From positions 1-52,739 of the IMG/VR virus record IMGVR_UViG_3300044512_003224: a stretch of DNA of 52,739 bases, one strand, 5' to 3'. Source of the stretch: a virus (taxonomy: Duplodnaviria; Caudoviricetes). Numbering within the stretch: the first letter of the stretch is position 1; each line of letters begins with the position of its first letter. Below, piece after piece: positions 7,548 through 18,582 of the stretch. The notes under the pieces are model-generated. The model did no database searches and was not told the origin of the DNA. It worked only from the letters and a program-made list of their open reading frames with translations. A program made the translations under genes and the position numbers.

Positions 7548-10500
7548 ATGGCAAACGTAAAAATTACTGATTTAACCGAAATAGCGGCTGCAGATGTGGC
7601 CGCTACTGACGTTGTCCCTATTGTTGACGTTGACGTTGATGAAACCAAAAAAGTTTCACTCTCGAATACAGTTACAACAATAGCGTTTGCAAATGATTTT
7701 ACAACCTACACACAACTTAATGCAAATATAGATGTAGTGCAAGACAATGTCGCTACAGTTACTTCAACAGCTACTACTATCTCCTCAAATTTAACAGCCA
7801 ATTTAATTCAGATTGAAGCTAATGTCAATGTTGTACAAGATAATGTTGCGACTGTCACATCTACAGCTGAAACAATCTCTTCAAATCTTACAGCTAATCT
7901 AATTCAAATTGAGGCTAATGTTAACATTGTACAAGACAATGTCGCTACAGTCTCTACAAGTGTTGATACGCTTTCGACAAATCTGACTACTAATCTAGTT
8001 CAAATCTCAGCTAATTTAGACTCTCTACAAGATAATGTAAACTCTGTCTACTCTAATGTTACTACAGACTTTGCCACACTACTACTCTTAGATTCTGTGC
8101 AAGACAATGTCACTGCAGCTGAGGCAAATGTAAGCTCAGTAGAAGCGCGTAGAGACTCTAACACATTTTTCACATACAATGTAGATTCAAATGTTATTAT
8201 TAATGATGCCAATGTAGAACCTTCGAGCAATAATGAATTTTCCCTCGGTACAGAAGACGCTGTTTGGAAAGATCTTTATGTAGGACCAGGCACTATTTTT
8301 CTTGGCAATGTCAATATTAAGCCTAATGAAACAGGAACAGGTATTCTTGTAACTGGTGTTGATTCAAGCACCACAACTCTTGATACTCAAACTTCTAATG
8401 TTACAGCCTCACTTAATGATATACAAGACAATGTAGCCACCGTTTCTTCTAATCTTACAGCTAATTTAGTACAGATTGAAGCTAATGTCAATGTAGTACA
8501 AGACAATGTAGCCTCCGTTTCTTCTAATCTTACAGCTAATTTAGTACAGATAGAGGCTAATGTAAATGCTGTACAAGACAATGTTGCTAGCGTCTCTTCT
8601 AATCTTACAGCTAATTTAGTTCAGATCTCGGCGAATCTTGATGTAGTACAAGACAATGTAGCTGCTATTTTAGACGGCTCTTCACAGTTTACTGGACAAA
8701 TAACTATGCAAGATGACCTGATAGTTACAGGTAATTTAGCTGTAAATGGTGATACTACAGTTATTAGAACAATTAACTTAGATGTTGATGATAGAATTAT
8801 TATGCTTGCAAATACTGCAAGCGATGGAGCTCCGACAGCTGACGTAGGCATACTCTTTAATCGCGGAACAGAAGGTAATGCTGCATTATTCTATGATGAA
8901 TCTGCAGGCACCTTTAAACTTTCTGACACCGTAGACCCTTCTTCTAATATTCGTTTATCTCCTGTAAGCGCATCTAACCTTGATGTAGGCATTCTAACTT
9001 CACAAACTGTACGTTTTGATGGGACATCTGTGAACGATGCTATCACAGATAATGTTGCTCTTTTAGATACTCAAGCTAATGCTTTTTCTACCTATACTCA
9101 ACTTAACGCAAACATAAATGTAGTACAAGATAACGTTGCTAGCGTTTCTGCTAGAGTAAACACCGTTCAAGATAACGTTGCTAGCATCTCCTCTAACTTG
9201 ACAGCTAATTTAGTACAAATAGAAGCTAACGTAAATGTAGTACAAGATAACGTCTCTACAATCTCTTCTAACTTAACAGCTAATTTAGTACAGATAGAGG
9301 CTAATGTAAATGCGGTATCTTCTAATGTTGATGCTGTAGAGTCAAGACGAGCTGCTAACGTTACATTCACCATTGGAGCTGATACAGGATCAGATTTTGG
9401 AATTCTCTTAGGCAATACCGTAACTTTAGGCGGAAATGTAGGCATTTCTACTATTGTATCTGAAAATGCTTTAGACATTGATCTGGATATTAATAGCTTA
9501 ACTCATAATGCTAATTCAGTATCAACAGATTTTGTCGCTTATTATGATGTTGATAATGAAACTATAGTAAAATCTACAGTTGCAGAACTTGCACTTCAAG
9601 GAGTTCAAGGTATAACTGGCGCTCAAGGTACTGATGGCACAACAGGTGCTCAAGGTACTGATGGTACAACAGGCTCTCAAGGCACTACTGGCTCTCAAGG
9701 TACTGACGGTACAACAGGGTCACAAGGCGCTACTGGTGCTACAGGATCACAAGGTACTGACGGTACAACAGGGTCACAAGGCGCTACAGGTGCAACCGGC
9801 TCTCAAGGTACTGACGGTACAACAGGCTCTCAAGGCGCTACAGGCTCTCAAGGTACTGACGGTACAACAGGATCTCAAGGCGCTACAGGTGCTACTGGCT
9901 CTCAAGGTACTGATGGCGTAACAGGTTCACAAGGAGCCACAGGAACTCAAGGTACAACAGGCTCTCAAGGTACTGACGGTACAACAGGATCTCAAGGCGC
10001 TACAGGTGCTACTGGCTCTCAAGGTACTGATGGCGTAACAGGTTCACAAGGAGCAACAGGAACTCAAGGTACAACAGGTACACAAGGTACTGACGGAACT
10101 CAAGGTACTCAGGGTATCAGCTTTACTACTGGTGTTGGCGCAGGAGAGACAATTGTTTTTGAAGGCTCTACTGATGACGAGGCTGAGACTACTCTTACGG
10201 TAGCAGATCCTTCAGAAGATCGAACAATCACACTTCCTAACGCGACTGGTACAGTTATTACTAGCGGTAATCCAGAAGATTTTAGAGCAGGTATAGACTC
10301 ACTTGGAAACTTAGAACTATCTGCTAATACTATTGATATGGCAATTATCAATAATTTTGTTCCTGCCACACAAGAGGGTCGTATCCACTACGACACTGAT
10401 AGAAACTCTCTTATAGTTCAAGGGCCGACTGCTAACTCTAATCTTCATATAGGACAAGATCAGTTTATTTATGTTAAAAACGAATCTGGTGCAGATATTG

Positions 10501-13500
10501 ACAGGTTAAAGCCTGTATATCTTGATAGCGAAGCTTCAGGTGTGCCAACAATTTTATTAGCAAATGCTCAAGTAGAAGAAAAGTCGTATGTAGCAGGTTT
10601 AACTGCTGATTATATACCTAATAATGGTTTTGGATTTGTTCAGTGTGATGGTATTGTATTTGGTGATACAACAGGTCTTCTAGCAGGTGAGCGTGTTCAT
10701 CTTGGGCCGTCTGATGGGGCACTTCAGATAACAGCTCCTACGTTTCCGTATTTTGCTACTGACATTGGTATAGTTCTTATTGTAGACGGCAATAATGGAT
10801 GTATCTTCTTAGATATTATAGATCACTTTGCTGAAACATTTAGAGTAGTAGGTGAAGCGTATGTAGACGCTGACTTAACAGTTGGAGGTAACCTTTCAGT
10901 TTTAGGCACTGAGTCAATTACCTCTGTAAACTCGCTTGCAGTTTCAAACTCATTTATGTATCTAAACTCTGGTGATACAATTGGCGACTCTGGTACTACA
11001 TATATCGGTACAGGTCTTGATGATGGTACTTTAACAGGTCATTATACTGGTCCAATTACTGAAACATTCAATGTAATGATTAATACAACAGGTACCCCAG
11101 ATACTTTTGATTTTACTCTTGATAATTTTGCTACAAATGCATTAGTTGGTGTTTCTATAACAGGCGGTGATCAAACACTCGCAAACGGAATTTCAATTAA
11201 ATTTGAAGCTACTACAGGACATACAGCAGGAGATCAATGGAGTGGAGTTGCAGCCCCTTCTAATATAGATACAGGTTGGGTATCGAATCGTAACACAGGA
11301 CTTAGTGAGCCAGGCTATACTCATCTTGGTAGCTTTTTTGACGTTTCTGATTCAAAATTCAAATTTTTTAAAGAATATGATCCAGAACCTGAAGGTACAA
11401 TTAATACAGGGCATGCTTCTTTTGAGCTTGGTACAGTTGTTGCAACAACCTTTGAAGGTAATGCAACTAGTGCAGATGCTTTATCTACAGCTCGTGCAAT
11501 TGCACTGGCAGGAGACGTAACAGGTACTCAAAACTTTGATGGATCAGCAGGTATTTCAATTACCGCCTCTCTTGATGTAAATAATTTGACTACATCGACT
11601 GATACAGCTTCTGATGATTTTATTCCCTTTTATGATGTGACAGGTTCTGTAACACGTAAAGCAACTGTTGCTAATCTTGCTTTACAAGGTGTACAAGGTA
11701 CTGATGGTACAACAGGATCACAAGGTGCCACTGGAGCTACTGGCTCTCAAGGTACCGATGGTACTACAGGTTCTCAAGGCGCTACTGGAGCTACTGGCTC
11801 TCAAGGAACTGACGGTACAACAGGTTCTCAAGGCGCTACTGGAGCTACTGGCTCTCAAGGAACTGACGGTACTACTGGATCTCAAGGTGCTACTGGTGCT
11901 ACTGGCTCTCAAGGAACTGACGGTACTACAGGTTCTCAAGGTACTGACGGAACTACAGGTTCTCAAGGAACTGACGGTACAACAGGCTCTCAAGGTGCTA
12001 CTGGAGCTACTGGCCCTCAAGGTACTGACGGCACAACAGGATCTCAAGGTGCTACTGGAGCTACTGGCTCTCAAGGCACTACAGGATCTCAAGGTACAAC
12101 AGGAACTGCAGGAGACACAGGGTCTCAAGGTACAACAGGTAATACTGGAACTCAAGGCGCAACAGGGTCTCAAGGTACAACAGGTAATACTGGATCACAA
12201 GGAGCTACTGGATCAACAGGATCGCAAGGCACCACAGGGTCACAAGGAACTACTGGTAATACAGGCTCTCAAGGTGCTACTGGAGCTACTGGCTCTCAAG
12301 GCACGACTGGTACTGAAGGTGATTCAGGAACTCAAGGAATTGCCGGGGTCAGTGGAGAAGGTGGTGGAGTATTCGTTATTGAGGCTGAACGTAGCGGTAG
12401 TGTAACTTTAAATCAATTTTTTGCTATTGGTAACGGCGCTCAACCTACTAATGGTGTATATATAGCAGAAGATGTTCAATTAGAGCACCTTGCTATTGCT
12501 TCAGATTCTTCACAATCAGCAATAACAGTTGAACTTTTCATAAATGGGTCAGGATCTGGACAAACTGTTTCATTATCTAGCCAAGCTCAGAATATTACAT
12601 CAGGCATAGGTTTAGCTGTTAGTGCAGGTAGCCGAATAACTTTTAAATGTACTTCAGGTAGCGCTAACGCTACCACTGTTGTAGCTGCATGGTTTTTAAC
12701 AGGAGGTGCAAAAGGCGCACAGGGAACTACCGGCTCTCAAGGTACAACAGGTAATACAGGATCACAAGGAACAACAGGCACACAAGGCGTTGAAGGAAAC
12801 TTTGGTGGAGCTACTTTCCATTATAGTTTTGATACTGATACAGGTACTTCTGATCCAGGAAGCGGTGATCTAAAATTTAATAATTCTAATATTCAAAGTT
12901 CTACTGGAATGAGAATAGACGATCAAGACCAAAATGGTGATGATATACAATCATTCCTTCGCACAATTGATGATAGCACTAGTGCCATAAAAGGTCATTT
13001 TAGAGTCTCTAATAAAACTAATGCAGATGATTTTGCGCTATTTACTATTTCCTCTTTAACTGAAGAAACTGGTTACTTTTTAGTTCAATCTAATTACGTA
13101 TCTGGACCTACAAGCTCGTTTACTAACGGTGAAGAACTTATAATCACCTTTGCCCGAACTGGTGATAAGGGTGATACAGGTAACACAGGATCACAAGGAG
13201 CTACAGGTTCAACAGGTTCTCAAGGCGCAACGGGTGCTACTGGTTCTCAAGGCGCAACGGGTGCTACTGGTTCGCAGGGTACTACAGGAAATACTGGTTC
13301 TCAAGGTGCAACAGGAAATACTGGTTCTCAAGGTGCTACTGGTACACAAGGAGCTACAGGATCTACAGGTTCTCAAGGTGCAACTGGATCTACAGGATCA
13401 CAAGGCACAACTGGATCTCAAGGAGCTACAGGATCAACAGGATCTCAAGGCGCTACCGGCACTCAGGGTACAACAGGTAACACAGGTACTCAAGGAACAA

Positions 13501-14159
13501 CCGGTAATACTGGTTCTCAAGGAACAACAGGCACTCAAGGTGCTACAGGTAATACTGGCTCACAAGGTACGACTGGTAATACCGGGTCACAGGGAGCAAC
13601 AGGTGCTCAAGGTACAAGCTTTGATACAACTGGTGACAAAACACTTGTTGGTAATTTAACTCTTGAATCAACCGATAGTGGCAGTAGCGCTGCACCAACA
13701 CTAGGTTTGTATAGAAATAGCTCATCACCTGCTGGTCAGGACGACTTAGGAGTAATGGCTTTCCAAGGTGAAGATGCAAATGGTGATAAAATTGAGTATG
13801 CTGAAATTGGTGCTCAAATCTATAGCACAGGCCCTAGTAGTCCTCAAGGTATGTTAGGCTTTAGTGCTGTAAAAGCCGGTACTATGACAGAAATGATTAG
13901 AATATCTGGATTTCATGATACTCTGTTTTCAAACCAAGATGTAAAGCTTTTCACAAATGTAGATCTAATATTTACAGGACCTACAAATGATGGTAACCAA
14001 ACTACAATAACAACAGAAACTCAGACAGCTGCCCGCACTATAACTTTACCTGATGCAACAGGAACCGTCGCTCTTACCTCAGACTTACCTACCAATCAAG
14101 ACTATGGATTGGTAACTGGAGGAGTTGACGGATCTGAAGATTATGGAAGCGTTGCATGA
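7548..14159 (+). CDS. giant collagen-like/coiled-coil fibre protein (2203 aa)
   Basis: AAGGA RBS; N-terminal KITDLT fibre motif, Asn-rich coiled-coil repeats, four Gly-X-Y blocks, RTITLP[ND]ATGTV motifs, C-terminal DYG..DYGS. Confidence 0.9.
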   Translation: MANVKITDLTEIAAADVAATDVVPIVDVDVDETKKVSLSNTVTTIAFANDFTTYTQLNANIDVVQDNVATVTSTATTISSNLTANLIQIEANVNVVQDNVATVTSTAETISSNLTANLIQIEANVNIVQDNVATVSTSVDTLSTNLTTNLVQISANLDSLQDNVNSVYSNVTTDFATLLLLDSVQDNVTAAEANVSSVEARRDSNTFFTYNVDSNVIINDANVEPSSNNEFSLGTEDAVWKDLYVGPGTIFLGNVNIKPNETGTGILVTGVDSSTTTLDTQTSNVTASLNDIQDNVATVSSNLTANLVQIEANVNVVQDNVASVSSNLTANLVQIEANVNAVQDNVASVSSNLTANLVQISANLDVVQDNVAAILDGSSQFTGQITMQDDLIVTGNLAVNGDTTVIRTINLDVDDRIIMLANTASDGAPTADVGILFNRGTEGNAALFYDESAGTFKLSDTVDPSSNIRLSPVSASNLDVGILTSQTVRFDGTSVNDAITDNVALLDTQANAFSTYTQLNANINVVQDNVASVSARVNTVQDNVASISSNLTANLVQIEANVNVVQDNVSTISSNLTANLVQIEANVNAVSSNVDAVESRRAANVTFTIGADTGSDFGILLGNTVTLGGNVGISTIVSENALDIDLDINSLTHNANSVSTDFVAYYDVDNETIVKSTVAELALQGVQGITGAQGTDGTTGAQGTDGTTGSQGTTGSQGTDGTTGSQGATGATGSQGTDGTTGSQGATGATGSQGTDGTTGSQGATGSQGTDGTTGSQGATGATGSQGTDGVTGSQGATGTQGTTGSQGTDGTTGSQGATGATGSQGTDGVTGSQGATGTQGTTGTQGTDGTQGTQGISFTTGVGAGETIVFEGSTDDEAETTLTVADPSEDRTITLPNATGTVITSGNPEDFRAGIDSLGNLELSANTIDMAIINNFVPATQEGRIHYDTDRNSLIVQGPTANSNLHIGQDQFIYVKNESGADIDRLKPVYLDSEASGVPTILLANAQVEEKSYVAGLTADYIPNNGFGFVQCDGIVFGDTTGLLAGERVHLGPSDGALQITAPTFPYFATDIGIVLIVDGNNGCIFLDIIDHFAETFRVVGEAYVDADLTVGGNLSVLGTESITSVNSLAVSNSFMYLNSGDTIGDSGTTYIGTGLDDGTLTGHYTGPITETFNVMINTTGTPDTFDFTLDNFATNALVGVSITGGDQTLANGISIKFEATTGHTAGDQWSGVAAPSNIDTGWVSNRNTGLSEPGYTHLGSFFDVSDSKFKFFKEYDPEPEGTINTGHASFELGTVVATTFEGNATSADALSTARAIALAGDVTGTQNFDGSAGISITASLDVNNLTTSTDTASDDFIPFYDVTGSVTRKATVANLALQGVQGTDGTTGSQGATGATGSQGTDGTTGSQGATGATGSQGTDGTTGSQGATGATGSQGTDGTTGSQGATGATGSQGTDGTTGSQGTDGTTGSQGTDGTTGSQGATGATGPQGTDGTTGSQGATGATGSQGTTGSQGTTGTAGDTGSQGTTGNTGTQGATGSQGTTGNTGSQGATGSTGSQGTTGSQGTTGNTGSQGATGATGSQGTTGTEGDSGTQGIAGVSGEGGGVFVIEAERSGSVTLNQFFAIGNGAQPTNGVYIAEDVQLEHLAIASDSSQSAITVELFINGSGSGQTVSLSSQAQNITSGIGLAVSAGSRITFKCTSGSANATTVVAAWFLTGGAKGAQGTTGSQGTTGNTGSQGTTGTQGVEGNFGGATFHYSFDTDTGTSDPGSGDLKFNNSNIQSSTGMRIDDQDQNGDDIQSFLRTIDDSTSAIKGHFRVSNKTNADDFALFTISSLTEETGYFLVQSNYVSGPTSSFTNGEELIITFARTGDKGDTGNTGSQGATGSTGSQGATGATGSQGATGATGSQGTTGNTGSQGATGNTGSQGATGTQGATGSTGSQGATGSTGSQGTTGSQGATGSTGSQGATGTQGTTGNTGTQGTTGNTGSQGTTGTQGATGNTGSQGTTGNTGSQGATGAQGTSFDTTGDKTLVGNLTLESTDSGSSAAPTLGLYRNSSSPAGQDDLGVMAFQGEDANGDKIEYAEIGAQIYSTGPSSPQGMLGFSAVKAGTMTEMIRISGFHDTLFSNQDVKLFTNVDLIFTGPTNDGNQTTITTETQTAARTITLPDATGTVALTSDLPTNQDYGLVTGGVDGSEDYGSVA
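7700..9340 (+). repeat. eight copies of a 25-32-aa coiled-coil repeat in three blocks
   Basis: SNLTANL[VI]QIEANVN[VA]VQDNV; 75-nt period around 8425-8660; boundaries approximate. Confidence 0.85.
9597..10116 (+). repeat. collagen-like Gly-X-Y block 1
   Basis: [12 protein letters not shown] triplets; contains a 117-nt near-exact tandem duplication (9843 and 9960). Confidence 0.9.
11685..12350 (+). repeat. collagen-like Gly-X-Y block 2
   Basis: ([18 protein letters not shown])n, 54-nt period, then GNT variants. Confidence 0.9.
12704..13615 (+). repeat. collagen-like blocks 3 (~12704-12800) and 4 (~13161-13615)
   Basis: [15 protein letters not shown] triplets separated by a globular domain. 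Confidence 0.85.
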
Positions 14160-14195
14160 TAATAAAATTTAAAAATATAATAAGGAGTGTCAATA

Positions 14196-14750
14196 ATGGC
14201 AACACAAGTACAATTTAGAAGGGGAACAAAAGCTCAGAATGACTCGTTCACTGGCGCTGCTGGTGAGATTTCTGTCGATACTGATGGCAATAATATTCGC
14301 GTGCATGATAATTCTACAGCTGGTGGTATCCCTCAAATGCCGACAGGCACTATACTAGCCTTTGGATCTACAACTGTTCCAAACGGTTATCTACGCTGTA
14401 ATGATCAAGCGGTTAGTAGGACTACTTATGCAGCTCTTTTTGCAGTAATTGGAACTACATATGGGACAGGAGATGGCTCAACCACCTTTAATGTTCCAGA
14501 CCTAAGAGACAGAGCACCCTACGGTCGTGATACCTTTACAATTGGAACCACTACCACAGGTGAAGTAGATGCTTCTGGACAACTTGCTTCAGCTTCACAA
14601 TCTGCTACATTATCAGTTACCAATACAACAGTTGCTGCGACTGCGAAAGACTCTTCAACAACTACTGTTGTAGCGTCTGTGAATGCGACAGGGCATACTC
14701 ATACTATCACATACCCAGGAACTGCTGTAGAGTTTATTATAAAGACGTAA
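14196..14750 (+). CDS. Mtd_N-like plus tail collar domain protein
   Basis: MATQVQFRRGT..QN..FTGAAGEISVDT; PTG.ILAF...P.GYL.C...VSRTTYAALFAVIGTTYG.GDGSTTFNVPDLR; AAGGAG RBS favours ATG 14196. Confidence 0.85.
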   Translation: MATQVQFRRGTKAQNDSFTGAAGEISVDTDGNNIRVHDNSTAGGIPQMPTGTILAFGSTTVPNGYLRCNDQAVSRTTYAALFAVIGTTYGTGDGSTTFNVPDLRDRAPYGRDTFTIGTTTTGEVDASGQLASASQSATLSVTNTTVAATAKDSSTTTVVASVNATGHTHTITYPGTAVEFIIKT

Positions 14751-14751
14751 G

Positions 14752-15057
14752 ATGGCTGATAATATTCGTGAACTTGACCAAATACAAACTGAGTTAGATC
14801 GATTACATGAGCGTTCTCAAGGTAATAAGGCGACTATATCCGCACACGAAGCTGTGTGTGAAGAACGTTACGCACAAATTATGACCACAATGACTACAAT
14901 GCATGAAGAGATACAGTCTTTACATAAAAAAGTAGATGATGTATCTGACCTTGCTACACAAGGACGTACCTCCTTAAAAACACTACTTTGGATAGGCGGA
15001 GTAGTTGCGAGCATTATCGCTCTTTTAACAATGATTTTAAATGTATTTCCTCGATGA
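14752..15057 (+). CDS. XhlA-like/holin-like membrane protein
   Basis: AHEAVCEERY coiled coil plus a single C-terminal TM helix. Confidence 0.55.
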   Translation: MADNIRELDQIQTELDRLHERSQGNKATISAHEAVCEERYAQIMTTMTTMHEEIQSLHKKVDDVSDLATQGRTSLKTLLWIGGVVASIIALLTMILNVFPR

Positions 15058-16295
15058 GCTTTTTTAGACTAAACGTAGATAAGCTTTTAACTAAACTTCC
15101 ACATCCTGTTACTTTTAATGAGTCTCAGCAAGAAATGATTGAAGGACTTAATAAGAATCGTTTCTTTGTTCATATTGCTGCTCGTCGTACCGGTAAGTCT
15201 TATGCAGCTGCTATTCTAGCTTTTGCTAAACTACTTGAACCGGGTCAGCAAGTGATGGTTGTTGCTCCAAACTTTTCGCTATCATCAATAATCTGGGACT
15301 ATGTTACTGATTTAATTAAGCAACTTGAAATAGAGGTAGAGCGTTTTAATCAAAAAGATAAAGTTGTTAGACTGATAAACGGATCAGTTTTTAGACTTCT
15401 TTCAGCTAACAATCGGGATTCACTCGTTGGACGTGCTGCAAATTTACTAATAGTAGATGAGGCTGCTATCATTCCTAATGAAGAATATTTTACTCGTGAT
15501 TTACGTCCTGCACTTTCAACCTTTAAAGACTCTCGTTGTTTGTGGATTTCAACTCCTCGTGGAAAAGGTAACTATTTGTATACCTACTATCTTCGTGGAC
15601 AAGATGGTGAGTATGATGACTGGGGATCGTGCGTTCATACTTGGAGGTCGAACCCTCTGTTATCAGAAAAAGATATTGAAGAAGCACGTAAAGCTGTTTC
15701 TCGTGCACTATTTGCTCAAGAGTATGAGTGTGAGTGGACAACAACTGAGACCCAAATATTTGAAGCATTAGATGAAGCCAAACATATTGGCGAATTTGTA
15801 GGTGAACGATTCTCTGAGGTAATTGGTGGTCTTGACGTAGGATATAGAGATGAAAATGTTTTTGTTGTGATTGGTTATGACGGTCAATCCTATTATATTT
15901 TAGATGAATATATATCAAAAGAGTCTACAACTTCAGAACTTGCTGCTGCAATACAAGAAAAAATGGATGAGTGGAATATAGATTCTATCTATATTGACTC
16001 TGCTGCTCAACAAGTAAAAGCTGACTTTGCCTATGATTACGATATATATTGTGAAAATGCTATTAAATCAGTTAACGATGGTATAAATTTTTTACAAGTA
16101 TTAATTGAACATGATAATATATATTTTGACACTCTTGGGGCGTCTCATACTTTTTCTGCTATGAGTTCGTATAAGTGGAACCCAAATACCGAAACACCAA
16201 AACCTGTGCATGATTGGGCTTCTCACCCCTGTGACGCTGTAAGATACGCAATCTATACACACTCTAAGATGAGCAATATCTCAATTTATGCCTAA
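15054..16295 (+). CDS. terL: terminase large subunit
   Basis: ARRTGKS Walker A, LLIVDEAA Walker B, ISTPRG, GLDVG, HPCDAVRY; ATGA coupling places start at 15054. Confidence 0.97.
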   Translation: MSFFRLNVDKLLTKLPHPVTFNESQQEMIEGLNKNRFFVHIAARRTGKSYAAAILAFAKLLEPGQQVMVVAPNFSLSSIIWDYVTDLIKQLEIEVERFNQKDKVVRLINGSVFRLLSANNRDSLVGRAANLLIVDEAAIIPNEEYFTRDLRPALSTFKDSRCLWISTPRGKGNYLYTYYLRGQDGEYDDWGSCVHTWRSNPLLSEKDIEEARKAVSRALFAQEYECEWTTTETQIFEALDEAKHIGEFVGERFSEVIGGLDVGYRDENVFVVIGYDGQSYYILDEYISKESTTSELAAAIQEKMDEWNIDSIYIDSAAQQVKADFAYDYDIYCENAIKSVNDGINFLQVLIEHDNIYFDTLGASHTFSAMSSYKWNPNTETPKPVHDWASHPCDAVRYAIYTHSKMSNISIYA

Positions 16296-16932
16296 TCTTA
16301 GAGTCATAGTGTTAAATTACAAACGACAAGATAATGTTTTAAGAATTGTTAAAGCACTTCAGCCGTATTATCCAGTTACTGTAATCAATAATAACCCTAA
16401 AAAACGTTTTCCTCAGTTTGGTCAGCCTGTTGAAGTTATTAACAATGAGCAAAATTTTATGTGTATGGAACGTTGGATTCGTTGTTTTGAGTATAAGGAA
16501 GAATATAAGTTAATTTTAGATGATGATATGTTACCTTCACTTTCTCTCATTGAACGTATGAAGAACTTGAATGAACCGATTGTAGGAATATACGGTAAGT
16601 CAGGAGTTACACAATCCAAATCATATACAGAATTAGAAGATCACTGGTGCTTAGATAATTATGTAGACTTTTTAGTAGGTAGTGTTGTGTTAGTAAAACA
16701 GTCTGCTTTAGATTTAATACAGCCAGCCTTAGAAAAAATTGGATATCCTAAACGTGGAGATGATATAATTGTAAGTTACCTTTTAAAAAAGCAGTTTAAT
16801 CTTAATAAATTGCGCACTGTAAGCGGTAAAGTACTAATGTTACCTGAGGGTGACGTTGGATTAAATAAAGATCCCTCTCATTTTTCGATGCGTTGGAAAG
16901 TAATTGAAAAATTCAAAAATAGTTCTTGGTAA
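16288..16932 (+). CDS. GT-A glycosyltransferase (GT2/GT64-like)
   Basis: VIVLNYKR, VINNN, LILDDDM (DxD), RGDDI. Confidence 0.75.
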   Translation: MPNLRVIVLNYKRQDNVLRIVKALQPYYPVTVINNNPKKRFPQFGQPVEVINNEQNFMCMERWIRCFEYKEEYKLILDDDMLPSLSLIERMKNLNEPIVGIYGKSGVTQSKSYTELEDHWCLDNYVDFLVGSVVLVKQSALDLIQPALEKIGYPKRGDDIIVSYLLKKQFNLNKLRTVSGKVLMLPEGDVGLNKDPSHFSMRWKVIEKFKNSSW

Positions 16933-16952
16933 AAAGAGAAAATTATCATAAG

Positions 16953-17327
16953 ATGAATCAGTTAAAAAGATTGCCGATAAAATATATAAGAGATTTTATC
17001 AAAAAAGATTATAAACTACGTGATGAGTGTTTTATTTGTGGTTCTAAACAGCAACTAGAGCTGCACCACTTATTAAGTGTAAGTGAGCTGTTTAATAATT
17101 GGTGTACTAAAAATCGTATAATCGATTTTGACTTAGATCAGTTAAAAATACATCGTGTTAAATTTTCAGAAGACTGTGCAAACGAGCTATCTCATGAAAA
17201 TTTATTTACACTTTGCAGTTCTCATCATAAACAACTTCACAGTATTTATGGACAAACATATTCTAATCATCTAGCACCAAAAATTAAGAATTGGCTAGAG
17301 ATTCAAAGGGCAAAAAATGGCAGATGA
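16953..17327 (+). CDS. T5-type nicking HNH endonuclease
   Basis: KYIRD..K..Y, CFICG...LELHH, TLC..HH..LH..Y; between terL and portal as in T5; start re-called to ATG 16953. Confidence 0.8.
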   Translation: MNQLKRLPIKYIRDFIKKDYKLRDECFICGSKQQLELHHLLSVSELFNNWCTKNRIIDFDLDQLKIHRVKFSEDCANELSHENLFTLCSSHHKQLHSIYGQTYSNHLAPKIKNWLEIQRAKNGR

Positions 17328-18582
17328 CGAGTTAAGAGGTATCAGAAAATGGGTTGCAGATAGACTTAAGCTAAATCCTGCTCAACCTTCTATCGCTTCT
17401 TTAGAACCTTACGCTTCTCCTGAAACAATCGTTGACTTTGAACAAGCTTATCGTGAGATCGAGGTTGTTCATCGTTCTATTGATATGATTATTAATGCTT
17501 GTGTAGAAGTACCTTTAATTGTTGAAGGGCAAAGTCCTGCTAAAAAAGTTAACAAACTTTTAAATATCAAACCAAACCCTTTTGAAGATCGTGTTCGTTT
17601 ATTTAGACGAGCAATTTTAGATTTTATTCTAGATGGAAATGCATTTTTTTACTATGATGGTGCAGATTTATATTTATTACCTGCAAACGATGTTGAGGTA
17701 GTTCCTGATGAACGCACTTTTGTATCTCATTACAACTATTTAGTATCGAACCAAGGTGCACAAGACTTTTACGGTTTTGGTGGTGGTAAAAATACTCGTA
17801 AAGCTGAGGCGATTCAGTTTGCTCCAGAAGAAATTATTCATATTATGGCTGAAAATGAACTTTCAATATTTAGAGGAACTTCAAAGCTCAAGCCAATATT
17901 AAAACTTATGGAACTTTATCACTATATGATTAGATTTCAACGTCAATTCTTTAAAAATAATGCGCTTCCAGGGTTTGTTCTTACTACTGATAATATCTTA
18001 TCTCAACGAGTTAAACAGAGATTGTTAGAAGCATGGAAGTCTACCTATACTACTATATTTGACGGCGCAAGAAACCCTGCTATTTTAGATGGTGGACTAA
18101 AGATAGATTCATTTTCAACTGTAAATTTTGATCAACTTGATTTTGAAGACTCCATAGAGCGTATTCAACAAGATATGGCTAAAGCTTTAGGTGTGCCTTA
18201 TGTGCTATTAAAATCTGGAAATAACGCTAATATAGATGCTAATCAAAAATTATTTTATCTACACACAGTAATGCCTATGTTAACTCAGTTTTGTTCAGCT
18301 TTTGCACATTTCTTTAATAATGGTGTTACAGTACGTCCTGATAAACTTGCAATTCCTGCGCTTCAACCAGACAATAGAACGCAAGCAATTTATTATTCAA
18401 CTCTCGTAAACACAGGAATTATAACCCCAAATGAAGCTCGTGAGGGATTAAGATTTCCAAAATTAGATAATAATGATAACATAAGAGTACCACAGAATAT
18501 CACTGGTAGTGCGACTGACGCTACCCAAGGTGGAAGACCTCCTGGCGAGGAAACACTAAATGAGGAAGATAATAATGGATAA
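17317..18582 (+). CDS. portal protein (HK97/T5-type)
   Basis: LLNIKPNPF, DGNAF, FFKNNALPG, GIITPNEAR. Confidence 0.95.
   Translation: MADDELRGIRKWVADRLKLNPAQPSIASLEPYASPETIVDFEQAYREIEVVHRSIDMIINACVEVPLIVEGQSPAKKVNKLLNIKPNPFEDRVRLFRRAILDFILDGNAFFYYDGADLYLLPANDVEVVPDERTFVSHYNYLVSNQGAQDFYGFGGGKNTRKAEAIQFAPEEIIHIMAENELSIFRGTSKLKPILKLMELYHYMIRFQRQFFKNNALPGFVLTTDNILSQRVKQRLLEAWKSTYTTIFDGARNPAILDGGLKIDSFSTVNFDQLDFEDSIERIQQDMAKALGVPYVLLKSGNNANIDANQKLFYLHTVMPMLTQFCSAFAHFFNNGVTVRPDKLAIPALQPDNRTQAIYYSTLVNTGIITPNEAREGLRFPKLDNNDNIRVPQNITGSATDATQGGRPPGEETLNEEDNNG

Noticed and set aside
9597-13615. Possible CRISPR array
   Set aside because: Repeats are in-frame 9/18/54-nt coding units without unique spacers; no cas genes
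9634-13659. Long alternative-frame and antisense ORFs (9634, 11668, 11718, 13150) in the fibre gene
   Set aside because: Shadows of the stop-free collagen repeats (LKVL/LALK patterns); no RBS
14196-14750. Diversity-generating retroelement suggested by the Mtd_N domain
   Set aside because: No reverse transcriptase, no C-type lectin variable region and no adenine-specific TR/VR pair in the window
16953-17327. HNH as a mobile homing endonuclease or intron
   Set aside because: Matches the conserved T5-type nicking endonuclease in motif pattern and position; terL and portal are uninterrupted
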